Assembly (NCBI RefSeq): GCF_001194135.2
Contig: NC_068983.1
Location: forward strand, 78,856,108-78,920,107
Direction of reading: 5' to 3'
Length of the DNA: 64,000 nt
Source: Octopus bimaculoides
Taxonomy: Eukaryota
Position 1 is the first letter of the stretch. Every line of letters starts with the position of its first letter. Made by a program: the position numbers and the translations under genes. Below the pieces are notes generated by a model. That model saw only the letters and a list, made by a program, of their open reading frames with translations. It did not search any database and was not told the DNA's origin. Shown in pieces: positions 24,551 through 37,062 of this stretch.

Positions 24551-25143
24551 ATAGACTTAGCTATATTAATGTAGGTTACTGCTATCCCCCCATAGTATTT
24601 AAGGATTTAGTTAAAAAAATTAGCAAGAGAATTTCTAGCCTCTCCTCCAATATTAACATTTTTAATAGTGTTGCCCCAATATATAATAAAGCTTTAAAAG
24701 ATAGTGGTTTTAGCCAGGAAATAACCTATACACCTGTTATTAGTCCAGTAACAAAGAAAAAGAAAAATAGGAATAGGAAAATTATCTGGTTCACACCACC
24801 TTACTCATCCGAAGTGACCTTTAATATAGGTAGATATTTCTTATCACTTATAGATAGGCATTTTCCAATTAATCATCATTATAGAAAGCTCTTTAATAGG
24901 CACAATTTAAAAATTAGTTTTAGTTCTGCTACTAACTTTAAAAATATAATTGCACACAACACACAAAAACAACAAAATGAAGCCAGCTGTTCCTGCAGAG
25001 TTAAAAATTTATGCCTGCTAAATGGAGCTTATATGACCGAGGCCATCATTTATGAAACCACCGTAGACCCTACAACCACTAAGGACATAGTTTCATCAAA
25101 GAAATATGTAGGTCTCACAGAGGGAAATTTTAAACTAAGGTAG
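24550..25143 (+). mobile_element. Neptune-like PLE fragment (RT thumb/linker to start of GIY-YIG)
   Basis: RNRKIIWFTPPYSSEVTFNIGRYFLSLIDRHFP..HHYRKLFNRHNLKISFS...CSCRVKNLCLLNG...IIYE...YVGLTEGNFK. Truncated at both ends. Confidence 0.85.
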
Positions 25144-25920
25144 AGAACTTTTCTTCCTTAGTGAGGTTTGGTTTGGGAAGTTTCACTTTTCTAGTAACTG
25201 TTTCACTTTCCACCTCAGTTCATCTCCCTGAGCTTTTGATGTCTTTATGGCTATCTCTTCAATAGGGGCTATTATATCCAAGTATGGAATGCGCTTGATG
25301 GTTGTTGCAAAGTTGAGACCTTTGTTTAGTACTGCTTCTTCATAGCTTTCTAGATGTCAGCTACTTACATTAATTACTGCTTTCACAGGTGGGTGATGGA
25401 CTTCAGTCTTCATTCTCTGGCCTTTGAGTTTCATAAACTTCTTAATGTGGTGTGTCTTCACCATTTCAAATTCTTTCATGTAAGACTTTTTTAGATCTTG
25501 TTTGATTCTCTTTCTATCATCATCTCTGATTATTTTTCTAAGTAATGAAGATAACCTCTCTTTGATTTAGTTGATGTTTTTTCCATTTAGTTGTTGTTTT
25601 TTCCAGCAGTTGTAATGGACGCTCTCACAGACGAAGGCATGTCCAGCCCTTTCCGCTACCCTTATAGCTTTATATAAATCCACTGGTATCAGTATATTCA
25701 AGCCAAGTGATATTAGCTTTGAGTCTCTACACAGGAAAGTTAGATGGTTTGAAAGACGAGCTAGTTTTTGATGGAGTTTCTCTATATGTCTCCATTGAAG
25801 TCTAACGTCGGCTCCGTATCGATAATATAATACAGTTCTATATTTAAGAGATGAGAAATTATGTACATCATTTACATTATTCACATTTGACGGATATTTG
25901 TCCTCATCTTGTTTGCTGTT

Positions 25921-25964
25921 AACAACGTTTCAGCTGACATACCCTCCAGCCTTCATGAGGTGTC
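25921..25964 (-). ncRNA. Damaged minimal hammerhead in the PLE pLTR
   Basis: GACAC-CTCATGA-AGGCTG(10 nt)CAGCT-GAA-ACGT-T-GTT. G5-to-C core change and a shortened stem I. The second copy at about 26437-26449 retains AAACGTTGTGTT, which would pair with GACAC. Confidence 0.55.
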
Positions 25965-26019
25965 TTGGGGTAATTTGGAACTTGGGTTCTCATTCCTAAG
26001 GTATATTTCGATATTATTA

Positions 26020-26078
26020 TAATCAAACTCGGAATCTTGGGGTTAGTAGCCTGCATTCTTAACCACTATGCCATATGC
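26020..26078 (-). promoter_or_regulatory. tRNA-like Pol III internal promoter (A and B box) inside a PLE pLTR
   Basis: TGGCATAGTGG matches TRGCNNAGYGG, followed by an anticodon-like GGCTACTAACC and B-box-like GAGTTTGATT. There is no 3' acceptor half, so it is not a tRNA gene. Confidence 0.55.
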
Positions 26079-26159
26079 TTGTGGGCAATTATGGAGTGAA
26101 TTTTAGGGCTTATAAATCTAATATTCTCCTATCCTTCTTTAATACCAGTTCCCATATGC

Positions 26160-26500
26160 TACTCATATTTGCACTCGGTCAGCTGTGGTAGGTTATACAA
26201 AGGCCAAACATGCTTCCCCCTAAAATAAGGGTAGACAAACATCACAAAACTGTGACATGAGGAGATATTGATAAATCAGGTATAGCTGATCATGTATGGA
26301 AAAGTGGAGACCACCTCCCCCTGTGGGATGAAATTGAAATAATAAACAGGGAACACCACTGGAAAATACGAAAACTAAAAGAAGCAGTACATGTGCTAGG
26401 ACACAACAACCTAATAAACAGACCGAATGAAGCTCAAAACGTTGTGTTAACAACAAACAAGATCAGGACAAGATCCAGCAAATGTAAATAATGTAAATAA
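26160..26500 (+). mobile_element. Inverted 3' end of the Poseidon-like PLE (GIY-YIG plus partial pLTR)
   Basis: SCGRLYKGQTCFPLKIRVDKH...GDIDKSGIADHVWKSGDHLPLWDEIEIINREHHWKIRKLKEA...NR, then GTTGTGTTAACAACAAACAAGAT.AGGACAA shared with 25870-25930. Confidence 0.8.
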
Positions 26501-26504
26501 TGAA

Positions 26505-27890
26505 ACTTTTAGCTAGGGTTTCAGTAAGATGTCTAGAAAATTGCTTAGATAGTGGGTTTTACATACTGGGTCAGCTATAATGGGCCTTAACTTTAAGTCT
26601 TCTGGCACTTGGATATTTATGTATTTGCCTCGTGATTGTTTGCAGGTTTCATAAATTATCTTGCTCTTGTGTATTTTAGGTAGGCTGTAAAAAAGACTAG
26701 GTTTACATTTGAAATTCCTGATGTAATCTGTTTCTTTTTCTGTCAGGCCTTTTTAATGTAGAAGTATTAAGAATGCAAGATGTTTCATAGTCTTTTGTTG
26801 TTTGTAGTTTATGACTTTTTCATAGAAGGCATTGTTTTCTAGCCTAGATAATACTAGGATTTTATAGTATTTTGTGTCCATCAGAACTACAGCACTTCCT
26901 TTGTCTTCTTCTTTGATAGTCAGGTCATTGTCGTTTTGTAGTTCATTTAGATTTTTCCATTCTAGATTGTTGAGGTTTGAATTAATTTTTCATTTATGCA
27001 AAGTATATGGGAAATTTTAGATATAGTCACAGAAGTCATTTAGTGTTTTATTCCTACCTTTAGGTGGAAGGTAATTGTTTGTTTTTAACCAGTGACTCAT
27101 CTTCATTGTTGTAGTCAGTTAATGCTTCAGTGAGTCGTAGTTTCCTACAGAATTCCGAAATATTGTCTTTAATTTTATTATGGTTAGATCTTCGTGGGAT
27201 TGGAGTAAACTTTAATCCTTTAGCTACTATACTGATTTTTGTTACAGTGAGAGTTTTCTTTGATAAATTTATTACTTTGGGTTTCTCTTGTAAGTTTTGT
27301 TCCAACATGTGTCCCTGTTTCTCTCCAGTCAGTCTAAAAAAATGTTTACTGTAATTTGGTTGGTAGAAGTTATTTGTATTATTATTGTTATTAATAAAAT
27401 CAGTATTATTATTGTTATTGTTTATTATATTGCAAATGGTAGGAGGTTGATGTTGCTGTCTGGGTAAACTGGTTGTAAGTATGTGGTTCAGGTTTCTTTG
27501 TTGGAATAAATTGTTGGGGTGCTTAATTATGTGTGGGATGTTGAGGAGTTGGTTGTGTTGTCTGGGTAAATAGGTTGAGAACCGTAGGTTGAGTTTCTTC
27601 ATTGGGGGGTAGAGGGAGTCACTTGGACGTTTCTAGTTGACAGGGAGAAAATAATCACTCCTAACCCTAGGTTGGTTTCTTCTAGTATTTCTTATTAGTG
27701 AGTTGACCCCATTACTAGATTGAGAATGGTTTACTTCCAGGTGAGAAGTCAATTTTGTGTGTTTGTGTTCTTTTGGATGTTTATAGTTTGATCTAGGTGG
27801 ATGTGTATTTATTTCTATAGATGTACTTGTTCTAGAATTTTTCAGGAAGGGGTTATCTGAAGTGTAGTCTCTTTTAAACTGAGTCCAACC
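26505..27890 (-). mobile_element. PLE 5' body (N-terminal region to start of RT), decayed
   Basis: KVINLSKKTLT...KGLKFTPIP...EFCRKLRLTE; LTIKEEDKGSAVVLMDTKYY; FYSLPKIHKS...LRPIIADP.C.TH.LSNFLDILLKP. Confidence 0.9.
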
Positions 27891-27894
27891 TACT

Positions 27895-28260
27895 TGAAGG
27901 TTTGGATTTCCTTTTCAAACAAGGAGAGAGGTTAACAATTAAAACCAACTTCACTTGTGCCTTTCAGAACCTAATTTATGTACTAACCTGCTCGAGTTGT
28001 GGACATCACTATATAGGAGAGACAAGTATGACATTGAGACGGAGAACCACTCTACATAAAGAGCAGATCCAGTTCCCACAATACAGACAGATTCCTTTAA
28101 GTGAACACGTAGAGAGATGTGCAAGTAACATCAAACCAAATTTCACAGTTTTCCTCTTCTACCAATGCAGAGATACAATTTCTTTACAAGAACATTTAAA
28201 TAAAGAAAATCAATTCATTGTAAAATACAGAATACATCTAAATATGCACTCATAACCAAC
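27895..28260 (+). mobile_element. Inverted GIY-YIG 3' end belonging to the 26505-27890 PLE type
   Basis: NFTCAFQNLIYVLTCSSCGHHYIGETSMTLRRRTTLHKEQI...KENQFIVKY...LN. Confidence 0.9.
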
Positions 28261-29023
28261 TTTGATCTCTATACATATTTTAATTCATGATTACATACCC
28301 ATCATTGCACATATTTCTCCCCACTACTCTAGTCTTTGAATTTTTGTGTGTATATATATATATATATNNNNNNNNNNNNNNNNNNNNNNNNNNNNNNNNN
28401 NNNNNNNNNNNNNNNNNNNNNNNNNNNNNNNNNNNNNNNNNNNNNNNNNNNNNNNNNNNNNNNNNNNNNNNNNNNNNNNNNNNNNNNNNNNNNNNNNNNN
28501 NNNNNNNNNNNNNNNNNNNNNNNNNNNNNNNNNNNNNNNNNNNNNNNNNNNNNNNNNNNNNNNNNNNNNNNNNNNNNNNNNNNNNNNNNNNNNNNNNNNN
28601 NNNNNNNNNNNNNNNNNNNNNNNNNNNNNNNNNNNNNNNNNNNNNNNNNNNNNNNNNNNNNNNNNNNNNNNNNNNNNNNNNNNNNNNNNNNNNNNNNNNN
28701 NNNNNNNNNNNNNNNNNNNNNNNNNNNNNNNNNNNNNNNNNNNNNNNNNNNNNNNNNNNNNNNNNNNNNNNNNNNNNNNNNNNNNNNNNNNNNNNNNNNN
28801 NNNNNNNNNNNNNNNNNNNNNNNNNNNNNNNNNNNNNNNNNNNNNNNNNNNNNNNNNNNNNNNNNNNNNNNNNNNNNNNNNNNNNNNNNNNNNNNNNNNN
28901 NNNNNNNNNNNNNNNNNNNNNNNNNNNNNNNNNNNNNNNNNNNNNNNNNNNNNNNNNNNNNNNNNNNNNNNNNNNNNNNNNNNNNNNNNNNNNNTATATA
29001 TATATATATATATATATATCTAT

Positions 29024-30310
29024 CATCATCATCATCATCATCATCGTCGTCATCATTTAACATCTGCTTTCCATGCTGGCATGGGTTGGACGGTTTGACT
29101 GATCTGGCAGAATTTCTACAGCAGCTAGATGCCTTTCCTAACTCCAACCACTCCGAGAGTGTGGCGGGTGCTTTTACGTGCCACTGGCATGAGGGCCTGT
29201 TAGGCGGTACTGGCAACGGCCATGCTCAAATGGTGTTTTTTACATGCCACTTGCACAGGAGTCAGTCCAGCAGCCCTGTCAACAACCTCGCTTGAATGTT
29301 GTTTTTCACGTGACACCGGCACAAGTGCCAGTAAGGCGACGCTGGTAACAATTATGCTTGAATGGTGCTTTTTATGTGCCACTAGTATGGGAGTCAGTCA
29401 GTGACTCAGGCAACAATCATGCTTCGATGGTGGTCTTAGCGCTCCTCTGGCATGGATGCCAGTCATGCAGTGCTGTCATTGAATTTGATTTCGATTTCGA
29501 TTTCACTTGCCTCAACAGGTCTTCACAAGCAGAGTTTAGTGTCCAATAAAGGAAAGTTATGCATAAGCGGGCCGGTTACACCCCTGGCAGAGGCCACGGG
29601 TTATGGTCTCACTTGGCTTGCTGGGTCTTCTCAAGCATATTTCCAAAGGTCTCAGTCACTAGTCATTGCCTCGGTGAGGCCTAATGTTCGAAGGACGTGC
29701 TTCACTACCTTATCCCAGTTCTTCCTGGGTCAACCTCTTCCATAGGTTCCCTCAACTGCTAAGGTGTAACACTTTTCCATACAGCTATCCTCATCCATTC
29801 TCACCACATGTCCATACCAGCACAGTCGTCTCTCTTGCACACCACTTCTGATGCTTCTCAGGTCCAACTTTTCCCTCAAGGCACTTACACTCTGTTGACT
29901 ATGCACACTGACATAACACATTCATCAGAGCATACTCGCTTCATTCCTTGCAAGCTTACACATGTCCTCAGCAGTCACAGCCCATGTTTCACTGCCATGT
30001 TGCATGGCTGTTCATACACATGTGTCATACAATCAACCTTTCATCCTGAGTGAGAGGCCCTTTGTCCCCAGCAGAGGTAGAAGCTCTCTGAACTTTGCCC
30101 AAGCTATTCTTATTCTAGCAGCTACACTTTCAGAGCAGCCACCCCCGCTACTGACTTGGTCACCTAGATAGTGGAAGCTATCAACTACTTTTAGTTTTTC
30201 TCCCTGGAATGTGACAAAAGTTGTTCTCTGCACATCTTCAGTGTTTATTGCTCCTGAGCATTTGCCACATACAAAACTATCTTCCCAGTTAGTCTCCCTT
30301 TGATATTGCT
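29024..30310 (-). mobile_element. 5'-truncated RTE-clade LINE with 3' UTR and (GAT)n tail
   Basis: FVCGKC...VVDSFHYLGDQVSSGGGCSESVAARIRIAWAKFRELLPLL..KGLSLRMKG...LRSIRSGVQERRLCWYGHVVRMDEDSC...GRG. The tail ends in (GAT)n at 29024-29055. Confidence 0.9.
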
Positions 30311-30414
30311 GCACCTCTTATGTGTCCATAGCTTACGCTGGGTATATCTTATAGAGTTTTTACCTACACCTTTTCTACAGATTGAGCAGGGCCATCTACC
30401 TGAAGGGATTTGTG

Positions 30415-30640
30415 ATGTATATATTTATGTATGGATTTTTGTGTCTGCGTTTCTCCCCCATCACCACTTGACAACCCCCATTGGTGTGTTTACATCCCTG
30501 TAATTTAGTATTTCGGCAAAAGAGAAAACTAGAATAAGTACTAGGCTTGCGAAAAAAGTTCTGGGGTTGATTTGTTCGACTAAAACCCTTGAAAGCACTG
30601 CTACAGCATGGCCACAATTGAATGACAGAAACAAGGAAGA
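30415..30640 (+). mobile_element. SINE family A 3' module
   Basis: CACTTGACAACC..TTGGTGTGTTTACATCCCTGTAA...AGAATAAGTACTAGGCTT...CAGCATGGCCAC. Confidence 0.75.
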
Positions 30641-30856
30641 AGAAGAAGATCTACAGGGATAGATGTATATGTGCGTGTGTATGTGTGTGCATGTATTTGT
30701 ATGTGCATGTGTAAGTGTGGGTGTGTGTGTGTGTACATATCTGTCTTTGTTACTGTCACTGCTTCATAACTGTTGTTGGTTTGCTTACATCCCTGTAAAT
30801 TAGCAGTTCAGCAAAGGAGACTTATAGAATAAGTCCTGAGGCCAACTTGATCTACA

Positions 30857-31350
30857 CAGGCATAGGCATGTCTGTGTGGTAAGAAGCTTGCTTCTCAACC
30901 ACATGGTTCCAAGTTCAGTCCTACTGCATGGCACGTTGACCAAAGCCTTGTGAATGGATTTGGTAGATGAAAATTGAAAGAAGCTCATCGTGTNNNNNNN
31001 NNNNNNNNNNNNNNNNNNNNNNNNNNNNNNNNNNNNNNNNNNNNNNNNNNNNNNNNNNNNNNNNNNNNNNNNNNNNNNNNNNNNNNNNNNNNNNNNNNNN
31101 NNNNNNNNNNNNATGTATGTATGTATGTATGTATGTATTTGTATGTCTGTGTATGTTCCCCCAACCATCACTTGACAACCAATGCTGGTGCATTTATGTC
31201 CCTGTAACTTAGCAGTTTGGCAAAAGAGACCAATAGAATAAGTACTAGGCTTACAAAGAATAAGTCCTGGAGTCAATTTGTTCGACTAAAGGGCAGTGCT
31301 CCAGAATAGCCACAGTCAAATGATTTAATCAAGCAAAAGAATAAAAGAAT
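30857..31350 (+). mobile_element. SINE family A, full length, spanning an N-gap
   Basis: Head 30857-30993, gap, then 3' module 31130-31350. Confidence 0.8.
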
Positions 31351-32532
31351 GCAAACCCTTCAAGGAACTGCCCCAACTTGGGTCAGAGTTCAGTGACTGA
31401 AACAAATAAAAGAATAGAATAAAATAAAGAAGGTGCAAATATAATACTAACAACAGCAATGATGAAAAAACAAAGATGGCAGCTTTGACAGTTGCCTTAA
31501 ACTTTTGTGATTAAATATGAAAAATATTTCCAACAAATCCAGCTTGCATTTTACTGGAAAAATTATTTTTGTGAATCACCAGGGAATCGGAAATAAAAAC
31601 AAATTGTAAAAATACTAATAAAATTATCAAAGAATATCTGCTGGACTAAATAATGAAAGGGTTTTTTTTATATTTGCCTTAAACTGAAAGTATTTTGCAG
31701 GTGAGTGATGGAGGGAGAAAGTAGATGTTCATGATCTGGATCATTAAAACACATAATTTATAGTTTGTAGGCTATAGACACCTGAAGCAGTTTTAATACC
31801 AGAAACCCCACTGCAGGAACATACATGTGCACATCTATGTGTGTGCATGTATGTGTGCATATGTGTGTGTGTATGTATGAATGTGTGTGAGTTAGTATGA
31901 GTATATGTGTATATATATACATATACACACACTCACTATATACACACACACACATATATATATATATATACATATGTATGTATACACACATACATATGTT
32001 TGCATATATATATAGAGATGCATACATATATACATACATAGGTATATATATATATATATATATATNNNNNNNNNNNNNNNNNNNNNNNNNNNNNNNNNNN
32101 NNNNNNNNNNNNNNNNNNNNNNNNNNNNNNNNNNNNNNNNNNNNNNNNNNNNNNNNNNNNNNNNNNNNNNNNNNNNNNNNNNNNNNNNNNNNNNNNNNNN
32201 NNNNNNNNNNNNNNNNNNNNNNNNNNNNNNNNNNNNNNNNNNNNNNNNNNNNNNNNNNNNNNNNNNNNNNNNNNNNNNNNNNNNNNNNNNNNNNNNNNNN
32301 NNNNNNNNNNNNNNNNNNNNNNNNNNNNNNNNNNNNNNNNNNNNNNNNNNNNNNNNNNNNNNNNNNNNNNNNNNNNNNNNNNNNNNNNNNNNNNNNNNNN
32401 NNNNNNNNNNNNNNNNNNNNNNNNNNNNNNNNNNNNNNNNNNNNNNNNNNNNNNNNNNNNNNNNNNNNNNNNNTATATGTATGTATTTATGTATGTATGT
32501 ATGTATGTATGTATGTATGTATGTATGTATGC

Positions 32533-32572
<40 letters not shown>

Positions 32573-32871
32573 CAATGAATCAGAAATTAGGAATGAAATT
32601 GACTTTAATGTTCAATTTTTACTGCATTTTAGCAATATAATATGAAAATATGTTCAATTTACTTACATTTTAGCAATGAAATATGTAACAAAAATAAATA
32701 ATAAAAAAAAGACACTTTTGTAACAGATCAAACTTTTCAAAGCACTTTTGTAAGAAAAAAAAAGTTCTGATGATCCAATACACACATAAAATTTTCCTAA
32801 AGGTAAACATATGACTAATTCAAAAATACATATAAATACGATTTTTATAACAATTTTTCTTTTAATTTTTA

Positions 32872-32933
32872 ACTTATGGAAAATTCTTTACTTATGGAAA
32901 ATTCTTTACTTATGGAAAATTCTTTACTTATGG
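32872..32933. repeat. 18-bp tandem repeat, 3.4 copies
   Basis: ACTTATGGAAAATTCTTT repeated perfectly. Confidence 0.95.
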
Positions 32934-33254
32934 TAAGATATTTACCATGGATTGCTAATCATTTTGGAAAAAAAAAGAATTATTTTTTTCTCCTCTGCAA
33001 TTTTGTTTCAGTATTCTGATCTTCAGAAGAGAAATTATCTCAAAGATAATATTTGGCAGTTTCAAAAAACTTCCTTGTGAGGTTTGCTTCATATTTTTTA
33101 CATTCAAATAATTAAAGAGATTTTTTTTTCTTCATATTGCAACCATTTGGTCTTTATATATTCCTTTATTATTTTTTTTACAAATGTCAGTCTTTGGACA
33201 ACATCTATGCTGGAACTCTGGTTTTTAAAAGATTTACTTAATAATATCAAGACT

Positions 33255-33450
33255 GAGTCTTTATCTTTCATTTTTTATCAGTCATTAGGCTACAGCCATG
33301 CTGGGGCACTGCCTTGAAGAGTTTTAGTCAGAATGAATCAACCCTAGCACTTATTTTTTTTTAAGTCTGGTATTTATTCTATTTGTCTCTTTAGCTAAAT
33401 CACTAGGTTACTGGATTGTAAACACACCAACATCAGTTGTAAAGTTGTAG
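33255..33450 (-). mobile_element. SINE family A 3' module
   Basis: Reverse complement of the module at 3900-4088. Confidence 0.7.
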
Positions 33451-35849
33451 GGGAGAAACACACATACATGTCCAACCCATGCTAGCATAGAAGGTGGACA
33501 TTAAACAATGATGATGATGTCCAACCCATGCCAGCATGGAAGGTGGACATTAAATGATGATGATGATGACACACACACACACATACATACACATAATGAG
33601 CTTCTTTCAGTTTCCATCTACCACCCTGGCACTTGCCAAGGTGTGAATTCTCTTATCAAGCTATTCAATTATTAAAACTGGTAGAGTTGACATCATGAAA
33701 TGTTCATCTTATAATAATGTTTAATTTAGAAATGAAGGCAGTGATGAACAATTTATAGTCAACAATTTCTTTTTGCCTTCTTTGCAGTAACATATTGAAA
33801 TCATTTACATTGGCAAATATGTCACTAAGGTAAAAACATTACATTTTGTAGCAATTAGTGAAGTAGACAGTAAAGTATTTTGAAGATAAAATTATATTGT
33901 GCCAAAAAGTTCAACAAATGGATCACAGAGTTGCCTTTTGACAACCATTGTACTTTAGTGCCATAAAAAAGCCTAACGTAGTCATTATCATTATCACAGC
34001 ACAGTTGACAGAAAGTTTGCTCAAAGAATTCAACTTTAGCTTATTCACAGTTTTAGTAAGTAACTACAGTACATCACTAGGCCTATCATTGATATTTTAG
34101 ACACTAAATGATGTCAGTGAGCCACACAGTGAACTGATAAATCAGGATGCAAAAGTTCAAGTTTTGAGAGAGAAGAGAAATGTTTGTATCAACCTACTAT
34201 AGCAGGTGCTTCCTCAGATGCACAGGTAACAATGTCGTTCAATGGGATGTTATGATCACTAAAAAATAGATTCAATAAATTTAAAATAGATATACCTTTT
34301 GAGTCAAGCAACAATTGATTAGTGAGCAGTATCTCTTCACAAAACAGTGAACATTTTTATAAAAAAGCAAACATACACCATCATCGTTCATCAACTTGTA
34401 TGGAAAATTCAGGACTCTGAAGATTGTGGATGAGTTAATGTTTGACATCAGTGGCTATTTCATTTATACATCAAGAAATTGTGTTATTACAAAGTGGAAT
34501 TATCTTGATAATTGTGTCAGGCTTCTTATATGTAATACCGTTAGGTCAAAGTAATGTTTGGGACTTACTGGCCTTTGCAACCAGTAACACAATGTTGTAC
34601 AATACAATCATCCTATTATCTTGCGGTGTAGTTGCTTTCTGAAATTCCGAGATCGATGTTTCTGCTTTACAAACGAGGTCTCAAGTTGTAAGAAATATGA
34701 CAAAGGTTTTCCTTCCAGTCAGCATGCTTAGAATATAAATGCTACTTTAGGCTTCATGGCTTCATTGCTTAAATTCTGGTTGCACATAAAACAGAGGTAA
34801 TTGACAGCTCTGAAGAGAGGTGATTAAGCCATAAGATAAATAATCAATACTGAGTTGATGACAAATTTTTTTTTTAAATGAAGACATTGGAATGTTTAAA
34901 AATCATACAATAGGAACAACAGATAACAAAATTTTTGTCCATCAAGTTCTATGGTAACTCTAAGTTCATTTTCAATAATCCACAAATATGAGATCACAAG
35001 ACATGCAATCACTTGGCAATCAATGCAATCCAACTACTTCAAGTGGCTGTGCTTTGAACTGTGAACAGGTTTCTCAGATTTTGTTGGACATTGTCGCCAA
35101 TACTTCTTTTTTGACAGCCTGTTGGCTGAGTCCTAAGAGGTCACTGCTTCTCTCTATATATGCGTGATCTCTTGGGGCTGGCAGTATTGGTGAGTTTATC
35201 CTGAGATCACTTCTTAATATTACTGGTAAAATTGTTCTTCATTAGCCCTTATCTGATTTATATCCAAAACAATGTTATTTCATTCAAAGAACTATCTGAA
35301 CGTTATTGCCCCTTCTCAAAACTATAGAAAAAAAAACCAAAATGTCCCCTGTTTGAAGGTATGTTTATATCTTATCTAGTAATGTGGTCCAGTTATTTCC
35401 ATTTAGCCTCATGTTTTTTATGCTGTTTTCTTTTTAAATATGTTCTTTGAATATTTTTTCGGTAAACAGGTGTTCAAATACTTTCTTAATACTCAAACTC
35501 CTGTCACCCACCAAAATTTCCAGTCACCTACCATTTTCCGATCAGTTGCTCAACACCCACCAAACAGTTGAAATTGTCCACTGGTAGGTATAAACGCCCA
35601 GGCTGGGAGAACCTTGGGGTTTGAGGGACAGAAAATTAGATAGGTCAGCAAATGTGCAAGAGTGAAAAATGTGATTGAAGATTAAAGATGGAGATTGAGT
35701 TGGACACAGTGAATATCATTTTGGGAAAGGAGAAGTAAAGGAAAGAAATAGGAGTGGGACAGTGAAGAAGAGGTGACAAGGGGCAGTAGTAGAAATAGAC
35801 AGGTCCTTGGATGGATGGTTCCTTGGATGGATGGCTCCTTGGATGGATG

Positions 35850-36375
35850 TTCTCAAGCACAACATATCACCATTCATCTCAGTCTCCCATCTACTTCAAG
35901 AGGTTTTACATATTGAGGTCATTCTTCTATCCATCCCACATTTTCCTGAGTTTTCTTCTTCCACAGATTCCTTCACATTTGAGCAATTGGCACTTCTTCA
36001 CACAGCTGTTCTCATCTATCTGCATCACATGACCATACCAGCACAGTCTTCTCTCCTGAACACATCAAATGCCTCTTATGCCCACTTTTTCTTTCGATAC
36101 AGTTGTACTTTATCATACATATACATTTGTACTTTATCATACATATACATTTGTACTTTATCAAGCACAGACAGTACATGCGAGTTTCATTTCTTTCTAG
36201 ACTTCACATTTGCTTTGCAGTCACAACCTAAGCTTCACAACCGTGTTGCATTGGTGATTACGTGCAAGCATTGTACAATCTGTTTTTCACTCTGCGAGAG
36301 AAGCCTTTTGTTACAAGCAGAGGTAAGAGTTCTCTGTACTTTCTTCAGCCAGTTCTTATTCTAGCAACTATACTT
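35850..36375 (-). mobile_element. RTE LINE 3' fragment with an internal 24-bp tandem
   Basis: Colinear with 29700-30130 (AAGAGAAGACTGTGCTGGTATGGTCATGTG; TAGAATAAGAACTGGCTGAAGAAAGT). Confidence 0.7.
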
Positions 36376-36419
36376 TCAGAGTATCTTCTTCCATATATAT
36401 ATGTACAGAGTATCCCATA

Positions 36420-36880
36420 CTTTTTATCATTTACTTGTTTTAGTTATTGGACAGGAGCCATACTGAGACATGACCTTGAAGGGTTTAGTCTAACAAAACA
36501 ATATTAGTGCTTATTTTTTTAAGTCTGATATTTATGCTGTTGGCTTCTTTTGCCAAACCATTAGGTTACAGGTATGTAAACAAACCAACAACAATTGTCA
36601 AGCGTGGTGGAAGGCAATTACAACACAATGACAAAGGTACACTCACAGAGATACACACACACATGCATGCACACACACATGCACACACACATGCACACAT
36701 ATATACAGAGAGAGATTTGGCGATGCAAACAGGAAAAATAGAGAAAGATAGAACTCAAAATATGACTATATTTTACTTATTTCAGTCATTAGACTGTGGC
36801 CATGCTGGAGCAATACCTCGATGGAATTTTAGTCAAATGAATCAACTCCAATACTTTTTGTTTTAAGCCTGGTACTCATT
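36420..36880 (-). mobile_element. Two SINE family A 3' modules
   Basis: TTTACTTGTTT.AGT.ATT.GAC.G..GCCAT.CTG blocks at about 36425 and 36775. Confidence 0.65.
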
Positions 36881-36884
36881 CTTT

Positions 36885-37062
36885 TCTAATCTAGGTACAA
36901 GGCCCAAAATTTTGGGGGAGGGGACAGTCGATTAGATTGACCCCAGTATGCAACTAAAGGCAAAGTCAACCTCGGCGGAATTTGAACTCAGAACATAAAG
37001 ACATGAAATACCGCTAAGTATTTCGCCCGGCATGCTAATGTGTCCGCCAGCTCACTGCCTTT
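36885..37062 (-). mobile_element. SINE family B copy with internal deletion
   Basis: GGCAGTGAGCTGGCGGACACATTAGCATGCCGGGCGAAATACTTAGCGGTATTTC on the minus strand. Confidence 0.8.

Larger units (their letters stand above)
25141..26160 (-). mobile_element. Poseidon/Penelope-like PLE: pLTR plus 5' part of the ORF
   Basis: Minus strand order: ORF C-terminus (SIWELVLKKDRRILDL*), tRNA-like segment, HHR, ATG at 25884, then the N-terminal region with VINVSS*HLESYEEAVLNKGLNFATTIKRIPYLDIIAPIEE...ELRWK...KPNLTKEEK. Confidence 0.8.

Noticed and set aside
24163-25143. 326-aa ORF as a novel fusion gene
   Set aside because: The N-terminal 130 aa is stop-free CA/TA low-complexity sequence read in frame into a truncated Neptune-like PLE fragment.
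32872-32933. CRISPR-like or regulatory array (also 35805-35849, 61998-62085)
   Set aside because: Plain tandem repeats with no spacers, in a eukaryotic context.
35060-35230. About 55-codon minus frame (INSPILPAPRDHAYIERSSDLLGLSQQAVKKKYW...) and plus-strand MRDLLGLAVL|GTGAGT
   Set aside because: No recognisable domain, and the splice signals conflict between strands.
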